DNA of 64,000 bases from Octopus bimaculoides (taxonomy: Eukaryota). The stretch is taken from positions 49,961,895-50,025,894 of the forward strand of contig NC_068999.1 in the NCBI RefSeq assembly GCF_001194135.2, written 5' to 3'. The translations under genes were made by a program, and so were the position numbers. Shown one piece after another: positions 54,559 to 64,000 of the stretch (positions are counted from its first letter, which is position 1; each line of letters opens with the position of its first letter). Below the pieces are notes generated by a model that saw nothing but the letters and a program-made list of their open reading frames with translations, ran no database searches and was not told where the DNA came from.

Positions 54559-55606
54559 CTCTGTCTCTGCATCCATCTCTGTTCCACCCTCTGTCTCTCT
54601 CTCCTCCTCTCTCTCCCCCTCTCTCTCTCTCTCTCACCCACAAGTCTACTTTCCTTTCGTTATTGATAGTTGTATCGTTTTCACTTCCTGTCCTCCTCAC
54701 GCTCTGTCTCATATCCCCTATTTTTCTTTCTTTTCTTTTCTTTCTTAAGGGCCGAATACACTTACTTGAAAGGTTAGGGTGAGGGTCTTCTTCTCTGAAG
54801 ACCTTCCACTATCCATCTCACCATCGAGTTTCTTACTACCTTTCCATTCCTTTTTCTCCTTACATTTTATTCTACCCTGATAAATCACTCAATGTTAAAA
54901 AAATTAGGTCAGTTTGGCATTTACTTCGAAACTAGGTCTCGACTTGGCGTTTGCTGGGGTTTTTTTTTGTTTTTTGCTTTTGGTACCTTTTTTTCATATC
55001 CTGTGGTAACTAATATCGTCATTTAGGATAGCATGTATGGATCGTGGTCCAGCGCAACAGAAGATTCTTAGCATACTTAAAGTAACAATGCAGTTTCAAT
55101 TCCCGACAGGGAATTACTTCAGCTTAACCCACCAACTTACGAGTCTAAGTCTTGAAATTTAGCGAAAGAAATTCATAGTTCCATAATTAATCACTTGCGA
55201 CAAATTATATTTAAAGACATTAATTATATGAAATTCCTGTTTCGTTTTTGCTTTATCCATTAATATTAATTAAGAATAAGTGTACGTATTTTAATTTAAA
55301 ATACAAACATGGGTGCATGTGTATGTATATGTGTGTGCATGTGTGCGTATGTGTGTGTGTGCGCGCGTATGTATGTATGTATGTATGTATGTATGTATGT
55401 ATGTATGTACAGTGTTAAAATACAGAAAATATAAGTGGTATTTCATGCGTCCTAAAAAATACACGCGTTTCGCCATATCACAGCAAGGATTACATAACTG
55501 TCTGTTGAAACATTATATGTCTTGTTAAGCACCTCTTCAGTGTTTAGCAAAAAAGGCAGAGAGAAAAGGAGAAGAGTAACAACAACAAGCCCACAAGAAA
55601 ATGTTA

Positions 55607-55679
55607 TATCACCTGTAGGATTCGATCTTGGCAACTACTGTAAACCAAAGAGCAGCACTAACCGTCATACCAAAGCGAC
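55607..55679 (-). pseudogene. tRNA-like relic, isotype unresolved
   Basis: Reverse complement gtcgctttggtatgacggttagtg...gatcgaatcctacaggtgat: pairable acceptor stem, A/B-box-like motifs, downstream T run; anticodon arm disrupted. Confidence 0.35.
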
Positions 55680-56684
55680 ATCAGAGGTATGTATATATAT
55701 AACCATGATGATTTATATACATTAGCAGTTGAATTCTTTTATATACATTCCTACCCAGTGTTCAGCTAACTAAACGGCTTGTCAGTATTTTACTGAAATA
55801 TAGAGACAAATAAAAAGGTATCATAATATCTAATTGCTTTGATACGCGTGTCAAGAGAACGATAGAGACGAGGTGGGTGGTATAGAAAGAAAAGGAGAGA
55901 ATGAAAGGCGATAAGGAGAGACGGAGAGATCTTGCCAATTATGTTGTAGACATATAAGTATTGTATATAAGCATGAACTCTGTTACAAACATGTAATAAA
56001 AATTCATTACACAATAAATATTGATTTTTTTTCATTATGAACAAGACTAATTTTTGTGGGTGAGGTTTAAAAGTGCTTGAATCAATATTAACACATGATT
56101 GATACATCGATAATATAAAAGACAAAATTCGAAGTCCTGCATCAATGAACTATTAAATATATCCGGGGAAGGAGTCATATATGCTTTATACTCCCTAACA
56201 TGTTTTTATATCGATTATTCTCCTTTAAACATTAGTATATCGATTATACGTCTTTAAACACATTCGGGGGGGGGGGGTCTGCTTTTTGCAATTATTCCCC
56301 TTAAACATTCATAACCTTGCTCGTCAGATATGAGAGATTGATATTTTCACTGCTCGAAAAAAGGTGATAGAAGTCAGAACTGGTTCGATAGAATGGTGAA
56401 CTAAATATCATATGGTATTTAGTTACGACCTTTTGGTGTCTGAGTTTAAGGCAGTACGTTAGTAGTGTCGTTATAACCATCGGATTGGAATGTGTTGCTT
56501 TATTCGTTCCGACTCTCTGCGCACAGAATTCAAATCCCGTGAAAATCAACTTTACCTTTCATCCTCTACAAACCGATAAATAAAGTAGTGGACACTTGCA
56601 GTGCATTAGCGGAATTGTTTGAGTGTCAAACGAAATGCCTTGTGCACTATCTGTATCTGCTATTTGCTTTCTGAGTTCAGTAAA

Positions 56685-56983
56685 GGCGCGTGACTTAGTG
56701 GTTAGGGTAATCGACTCCCGATCGTAAAGTCGTGAGTTCTATTGCCGGCGATGCGTTGTCTTCTTGAGCAAGACACTTTATTTCATGTGGCTTCAGTCCA
56801 CTCACCTGGCAAAAATGAGTTGTGCTCGTATTTCAAAGGGCCGGCCTTGCTGCATTCTGTGTCATGTTGGATCTCTCAAAGAACTACATTAAGTACGTTA
56901 TGGATAAACACGTTAATTTCACGAGCAGGCTGTTCCGTTGATCGGATCAACTGGAACCCTCGTCGTCATAACCGACGGAGTGT
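56685..56983 (+). mobile_element. SINE family C, full length
   Basis: ggcgcgtgacttagtggttaggg head; ttgagcaagacacttt...cagtccactca V-domain-like segment; shared 3' tail. Confidence 0.85.
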
Positions 56984-59212
56984 CAGTTTCTGAGATGAAA
57001 TTCCGCCGAGGGATTCAAATTTTATCGGTGGCCAGGACTGATCCCGCGACCACGGGACCAAAACTGCAATGAATAGAATTATAGCAGTTTGCTCCTGCAA
57101 TACAACGATGACGATGATCGTCTGACTTCGAAGTTTTTTTGTTTTTTTTTAAATTTACTATTTACCGCACGCTCACACGGACCCCCGACCTTCTGACTGA
57201 CTTTGGAGTACCTAATTCGCGGAATTCTTTCTACCATCGGATTACATTACCTTGTTCATTCAGAATACGCCATTTCTGCACCTTGATTATGTATGTTTGT
57301 GTGTATGTATATTTTCTTGGTGAATCCATTGTTTAATAGCTAATCCGTAATTTGTTCTTCGTTTTTTTTTTTNNNNNNNNNNAACCAAAGAAGAATTAAG
57401 TGTCAATTGATAAGCAGATGTTTCGTCACTAAACATGAATTTAAGTCGGCCCTAGTTAGTCACTGACTCCAGTATTTATGATACCAGCGAAATTGCAGAC
57501 GATACTTTTTTTTTTCTTTTTTTTCTTGAAGCCTTTTCTTCTGTGTGTGTGCCAGACGTCTTGCTACTAGACTGAAATCTTATTGTAATCGACGTTTTAT
57601 TATTTTAGTGCTACATTTTACTGTTGCTAGCGATGACACTTATATACTACTGCAAAAGTAAAGGGGGGGATGCAACACAAAGAAAACGAATCACATGATG
57701 AGTTGTGGGTCACGAGGTCTACCGGATGATTTGTCTCCACATGTCTAACTCGATCGAGACAAAGATGGCTTTCCTGCTTTTCATGCTCGTAATATATTCT
57801 GTTGTATTTAATTGACAATACGAAACAACATCCCCACCACCTTTTCATTTCTTTTTTTTTTTTTAATAAACTTGGCCTTGCGCTTATTCAAAGAAAAATC
57901 AATAACAACCTGGAGTCTATTCATGTGATCACACATTTTCCAAATAAACTCCGCCATACTCCTTCCTCGCTAATGTAAAAGAGAATAAGAATTATACAAA
58001 ATAAATCAGGCAACAACAACAAAAAAGGGATTACGGCAGATTTGCTGCCGAAATTGGACACAAATGTTGAAAAACCCACAATAATTCCTCACTAAATTAT
58101 TTTTAATTCACCACAAAATCCGAAAATAATTTGCTAAAAATCAATAAATTAAATTCTTCAATTCAGTATTCTCACGTAGTTCTAATTTTTTGGTGCTTTT
58201 TGTTGTTGTTTTATCTTTGTATGTATGTGACAATTCTTCGTTTTTGCATCATTCCTTTTTGTTAATCAATATCTTTGTCTTTTTTATTTTATTAACCGTT
58301 TTTCTCATTTTTGCATTTACTTGTTTTAATACGATTATATATTTCTAAAATATAAAACTTAACCTAATTCCTTTACATTTTTTCTCAGTTGCCCTTCTTT
58401 GTTTTATTTATTTTTTTTTTATTTCTCATCATTAATTTTGGAAAAAGCTATGTCTGGATAAGTTTGCAAAATACATCCATGAATGAATTTTATTTTTCGC
58501 CCACATTTGAAACAAAGCAAATGAACACAACGTTAAAATGAAAAGAGAATTCGTTAACGCCTTGTATATTTGGTTTTTATAAGCTCACGTTTTGCTTTCT
58601 TTGAAAATAATAACATGCACTCGTCGTTCAATTTGAAGGTGAACCAACCAACAACAAACAGACTAATAACCCTCACCTAAATAGCAACACGTGTGTTTGA
58701 AAATCTAAAGAGCGAAAGCGCTTCCTCACAATACACAAACTCCCTTCTAGAAAGTTTGTCTTCATCTGTGGAAATTTTTTATATAATAAATCGTTTTTAT
58801 TTTGACAAAATCTGTCCTAAAATAAATATATAATTTACATTTATGTATACATATATATACATACGTGTATATATCCTTTTATTTGAAAGACACCTGTTTT
58901 TATTCGTGTTGTTAGTATTCGTAATCGTGTCACATTTTCTCCGTTTTCTCGTTTTTTTTTTTCTGTCCGTGTTGTCGCACATATTCGCTCGCTTTTATCA
59001 AACATTTAATGCCCTTAGCTTAGATTTTTGGGGCCTACCAATTTTGAACAGTCACAGGTGTGACAGGCCGAAACTGTAATGATGATTGGAAGCTTGACTG
59101 ATGAATGGAAAGCCACGAATGTTCCGTCCTGGTTTTCCTATCCGTCTTTGTATCGTCCATCTGTCTGTATGCTTTTATTGTCGTCCGCTACGTTCTTGTT
59201 CCGTTTTTGGTA

Positions 59213-59249
<37 letters not shown>

Positions 59250-59483
59250 ATGTATGTATATTACTATCTAACAATAGCAACAGAGTAACTCAAGGGCCGA
59301 CCGTTATAAACGTATAAAATATCATCACCGAAGTTTCTTGTTGCGATGCAGTAAATCATATCATCAGCCGTGTATGTTTGTGTATGTACGGAGTGGATGA
59401 ATGTATGACTACGCTTGTACGTGTGTATTTATTTAATTATTTGTGTATATTACATTCATGAGTGAAGGTGTTCATTTGCATGT

Positions 59484-59536
<53 letters not shown>

Positions 59537-60984
59537 ATATGTATGTATGGTTTTGTTGTCTCACTTCTTAACTCCCTGACCTGTTTAGCATCCTACTCCG
59601 TTATTTCTTTTGTCTATACTTATCGTCAATTTGCCTCGCGCCAGCCTTATACCGACGCAGATGTAAGAAAGCGTGGTACATACATGTGAATGCATGTACA
59701 CATATATTTGTGTGTGTGTGAGAGTTTATATACATGTGTGTCTGCGTTTATATCTATATGTATTAACCATTAGGCGAAGTAGTAAAACAGAGAAGCATAT
59801 GGGATAACAAACAGAAACCATCTGTATAAATATCACCATCCGTACCATCTCCCATCCATGCATCCATGCATATATCCCTCCAGCCAAAAATTACACGCAT
59901 CACTACGAGTGTATGTGCACCAATATGCTTGTTTGCTTGCTTACTGATAGTCGTGCAGTTGGGAGTCAAATTACGTGACTCGGTTTCGAATCTCGGTCGA
60001 AGAAGTCAAGTCGTTTTAACCTTAGTGTTGTTTGGTTAGCTAACGTTCATTCATTCGTTGCAAACATAAATAAATGGACGGATAAATAAATAAGTAAAAT
60101 GAATGAATAAATAAATAAAACATGAACATTGGGAATTCTCGGCTTCCCCTATCTTAAAAAACAGAGGTTTTTCATTAACATAGTGTGGGCCGCTGTGGGC
60201 TGGCATTGTCGGGATTTAGTTCCATTTCTCTACGTTGGAGCGTTCAAATCTCACTGGAATCAACTTCGACTTTTAGCCCCTTTGGAGATCATTAAATAAA
60301 TAGTAATAATACGCTAAGGTTGCGGGTCATTAATTAATTAATTAGTTTAGTTATTTGTATGGTTAAGTCATGGCAGCAAACTGGTGACGTCACTAGAGTT
60401 TCGATATTTGTTTTGGCTTCCAGCACCGCTTTGAGTTCAAATCTTGCCGAGGTCAGGTTTCATTCTTTTTGGAGAGAGGCCATAAATAAGGTAACAGAAT
60501 CGAATCTTCTATCTCTCTCTCTCACTCTCGCAAGGAGTCGAACAAATACCACAGGACATTCTAAGCGGTGCTCTGCCAATTCGTCATCTTGTAAATTATC
60601 ATGTGAGGTACCTCGTTACTCATGATGTTTTGTTTGGTACAGGGAGACTGCAGGGGGCAACAATGTTCTAAGTGAGATCATGCGTAGAAATAAAAGGATA
60701 ATGACATCACATCCACTGGACCGGAAAAGTAGTTCTGAGTCACCGTAACGACTTCATTGATCACAGATGCGTTCCATCTGAAGTTATTGAAAATTACTCT
60801 TAAATTAAAACGTCACGAAATTCATCCGAGAGGAATATGGCCGTTTGAGCGCATGCTCATTTTCAATGATGAGGTTTAATTTTTCCTCATTCATCAGGTT
60901 ATTGTTTACTTTCGTCCATTAATTATTTAATTTATACAACATGCAAACCAGACTGAAATTTCATTCAGTCACCGTTGATAACCT

Positions 60985-61328
60985 GAAGCCTAGGATCACG
61001 GTTTCGACTCCCAGACCGGGCGTTGTGAGTGTTTATTGAGCGAAAACACCTAAAGCTCCACGAGGCTCCGGCAGGGGATGGTGGAGAACCCTGCTGTACT
61101 CTTTCACCACAACTTTCTCTCACTCTTATTTCCTGTTTCTGTTGTGCCTGTATTTCAAAGGGCCAGCCTTGTCACACTCTCTGTCACGCTGAATGTCCCA
61201 GAGAACTACGTTAAAGGTACACGTGTCTGTGGAGTGCTCAGCCACTTGCACGTTAATTTCACGAGCAGGCTGTTCCCTTTAAGCGGATCAACTGGAACCC
61301 TCGACGTTGTAACCGACGGAGTGCCAAC
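60985..61328 (+). mobile_element. SINE family C variant (different middle, same 3' tail)
   Basis: gtgagtgtttattgagcgaaaacacctaaagctccacgagg middle, then tatttcaaagggccagcc...gcaggctgttcc...gacggagtgccaac. Confidence 0.8.
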
Positions 61329-62356
61329 TGTGTAANNNNNNNNNNNNNNNNNNNNNNNNNNNNNNNNNNNNNNNNNNNNNNNNNNNNNNNNNNNNNNNNN
61401 NNNNNNNNNNNNNNNNNNNNNNNNNNNNNNNNNNNNNNNNNNNNNNNNNNNNNNNNNNNNNNNNNNNNNNNNNNNNNNNNNNNNNNNNNNNNNNNNNNNN
61501 NNNNNNNNNNNNNNNNNNNNNNNNNNNNNNNNNNNNNNNNNNNNNNNNNNNNNNNNNNNNNNNNNNNNNNNNNNNNNNNNNNNNNNNNNNNNNNNNNNNN
61601 NNNNNNNNNNNNNNNNNNNNNNNNNNNNNNNNNNNNNNNNNNNNNNNNNNNNNNNNNNNNNNNNNNNNNNNNNNNNNNNNNNNNNNNNNNNNNNNNNNNN
61701 NNNNNNNNNNNNNNNNNNNNNNNNNNNNNNNNNNNNNNNNNNNNNNNNNNNNNNNNNNNNNNNNNNNNNNNNNNNNNNNNNNNNNNNNNNNNNNNNNNNN
61801 NNNNNNNNNNNNNNNNNNNNNNNNNATATATATATATATATATATAAACTTAGATATGTTTCGACCAAAGATTGGTCCTGGCCATGTCTAACTTAATAAC
61901 ACCACCTGATAGGATTATCTAAATCCTTTTTAAAGTCAAGTTATAAAATGTTAAAGAGAAAGTTTTTCAACTAGACTGACCCTAGTACTTAGTTTTTCAA
62001 ACCCTATTACATTCTCTGTAGGATGCTTTCGCCAAACTGATAGCTAGGAGAACGTAAAGAAACCAACACCGGTTGTCAAGCGGTAGGGGAGGACAAACAC
62101 TCACACATACACATATATACGACGGATTTCCACACAGTTTCCGCCTCCCAAATTCACTGACAAGGCATTGGTCAGTCCTGACGATTCTGTCAGCTTGCTG
62201 CTTTACTGGAATCAATGAGATTGGTTAACCTTAACCCCTCCAAAATATTGCTGCTCTTGTGCGTTAATAAGAAGCAACTATTTATATTTCCTATGGACGT
62301 AATCCATATTCATCAGATTTTCCAGATTCTTTTTTTTTCTGAACAGAAAAGAACAG

Positions 62357-62432
62357 GCGTCGGCGTTGTAACTGTGAAGTATTGTAGTTGCCTTCCATAC
62401 AATCGATCCAGCTTCGACTGCCGACCTACGCA
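62357..62432 (+). pseudogene. tRNA-Gly(TCC)-derived unit 1, degenerate
   Basis: gcgtcggcg...gttgccttcca...gatccagcttcgact...acgca. Confidence 0.6.
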
Positions 62433-62536
62433 ATCGAATTATAAAGAGCTCGTCTTATTTTTAGAATTGGTGCTTAATTTATTACCATTATGTAGTTTCC
62501 AACAAAATTTCTTTCAAAAGAGAAAACCTCACAATA

Positions 62537-62615
62537 CCGGTTTCGGTATTTTGGCCGTTAGCAGAGTCATCTTCTAAGCAGTCAATCCGGATTCGATTCC
62601 CGGCTGACCGTCGCA
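62537..62615 (+). pseudogene. tRNA-Gly-derived unit 2, degenerate
   Basis: ...ttagcag...cttctaagcagtcaatccggattcgattcccggctgac..gca. Confidence 0.6.
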
Positions 62616-62698
62616 GTCGCTTCAAAATAGAACATTTTTATTTTTATCTCAGTGTTTTCCGGAAATATACTTCTGAACACAAATGCGAGAACAGTCAG

Positions 62699-62770
62699 GC
62701 GTCGGTGGTGTAGCGGTCAGCATGGTTACTTTCCAAGCAGTCGACCTAGGCTCGACTTCCGGCCGACGCA
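62699..62770 (+). tRNA. tRNA-Gly(TCC)-like unit 3; best preserved, probable pseudogene
   Basis: 72 nt GCGTCGGTGGTGTAGCGGTCAGCATGGTTACTTTCCAAGCAGTCGACCTAGGCTCGACTTCCGGCCGACGCA. Perfect acceptor stem and TCC anticodon; mismatches in the anticodon and T stems; TTC mutated to CTC. Confidence 0.8.
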
Positions 62771-62863
62771 GTCGCCTCTAAAGCATGAAATATATAGTTA
62801 TCTTTTTTTTATTTCAGTATTTTCCAGAAATATATTTCTGAGCAGAAGAGAAGGAACGGCTAA

Positions 62864-62935
62864 GTCTCGGTGGTGTCACGGTCAGCAAAATTGCCTTCAA
62901 AGCAGATGATACGCGTTCGACTACCCGCTGACGCA
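62864..62935 (+). pseudogene. tRNA-Gly-derived unit 4
   Basis: 72 nt, colinear with unit 3; anticodon loop ccttcaaa mutated. Confidence 0.7.
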
Positions 62936-63015
62936 GTTGCTTTGTAAGAGCAGAACATTTATTTTTATCTGTTTTCAGAAATGCTTCTAAACATACAGCT
63001 GAGAAAAAAAATCCT

Positions 63016-63063
63016 GCATCGATGGTGTAACCGTCGATCCGGGTTCGAATCTCTGTCGAAGCA
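63016..63063 (+). pseudogene. tRNA-Gly-derived unit 5 with internal deletion
   Basis: gcatcgatggtgtaaccgtc|gatccgggttcgaatctctgtcgaagca; the 3' D strand and anticodon arm are missing. Confidence 0.6.
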
Positions 63064-63144
63064 AACACCTGAAAAGTAGAGAATTTTTATTTTTCACTGT
63101 GTTTTCCAGGAATATACCTCTAAACACAGAATAAGAGCCAGACA

Positions 63145-63218
63145 GTCGTCGATGATGTAACGTTCAGCATGAGTACCTTTTAAGCAGTTAGTCCGGGTTC
63201 GCCTCCCGGCCCCGCGCA
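63145..63218 (+). pseudogene. tRNA-Gly-derived unit 6
   Basis: gtcgatgatgtaacgttcagcatg...aagcagttagtccgggttcgcctcccggcc. Confidence 0.65.
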
Positions 63219-63391
63219 AGTTTTTCGAAAAAGTGAAACCTTCACTTTTCTTTAATGTAAGTATATTTCAAAAATATACTTCTCAGGCCAAAGTTACAAT
63301 CTAACGTTGCTTTTATAGAGTGGAATTTTTTGTTTTTCAAGTCAATATTTTCCAGGAATATACTTCTGAACTGTAGACGAAGCACATCTAG

Positions 63392-63463
63392 GCGTCGGTG
63401 GTATAACAGTCAGCATGGTTACATTCCAAAGAGTCGATTCGGGTTCAACCCACATCTGACGCA
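63392..63463 (+). pseudogene. tRNA-Gly(TCC)-derived unit 7
   Basis: 72 nt gcgtcggtggtataacagtcagcatggttacattccaaagagtcgattcgggttcaacc...tgacgca. Confidence 0.7.
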
Positions 63464-63764
63464 GTCGCTCAAAAAATGGTGTAACAATAGTAATCTGTAT
63501 ATAGATTTCATCCAGTAATATATATATGATATGCAGTAAGCCTATACAAGGCCGATAATACACGCTCGCACGCACACACTCGCATGCGCGTAAAGTAATA
63601 GGTGTGTACCATGAGTGATCAGTTTGGTTTACCACTAAAAGTCTGGTTCGAAGTGCAACTGATAAAAAAAAGGTGGTGTTGAAGCTGCTTATCAAAGATG
63701 GCTGGAAGTGGTTCGCCTTTGAGCGGTGAGATATATAATAAAAAACAGAGAACGGACATGTTAT

Positions 63765-63945
63765 GACTCTAGAGCATATCAGTCATTTGACCGCGGCTTT
63801 AGTCGAACAAATCGACCCAAGGATTTATTTTTTGAAGCCTCGTACTTATTCTATCATTCTTTTTTCGCCAAACCGCTAAGTTATGGAGAGATAAACTCAC
63901 CAACATCGGTTGTCAAGCGGTGGTGGGGGACAAACCACAGACACA
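63765..63945 (-). mobile_element. SINE family B 3' tail
   Basis: tttagtcgaacaaatcgaccc...cttattctatc...caacatcggttgtcaagcggtggtgggggacaaa. Confidence 0.8.
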
Positions 63946-63950
63946 CGAAC

Positions 63951-63981
<31 letters not shown>

Positions 63982-64000
63982 AAGAAGCTTGTATATATAT

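Noticed and set aside
62320-63470. CRISPR-like repeat/spacer appearance
   Set aside because: The repeats are 72-nt tRNA homologues, the spacers are related to each other, there are no cas genes, and the context is eukaryotic.

Overview
Eukaryotic, AT-rich, repeat-dominated draft scaffold with many N gaps and very dense microsatellites. The SINE set and repeat load look like a coleoid cephalopod (Octopus-like) genome; this is an inference from recalled repeat families. No intact protein-coding gene can be supported. Nearly all listed ORFs are microsatellite or N-gap artefacts. Supported content: a tRNA-Phe cut by the window edge; a degenerate 5S rRNA copy joined to a SINE 3' tail; a decayed tandem array of about 7-8 tRNA-Gly(TCC)-derived units (62.3-63.5 kb); three abundant tRNA-derived SINE families (called A, B, C here); fossils of several retroelement clades (Penelope-like GIY-YIG, two RTE types, R4/Dong-like, CR1/Jockey-like RT, L1/Tx1-like); three mariner fragments; TIR-bearing MITE-like elements; and several long palindromes. 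The best leads are chimeric Pol III-head/retro-tail junctions, the tDNA array and the palindromes. I do not see a convincing novel multi-gene system.
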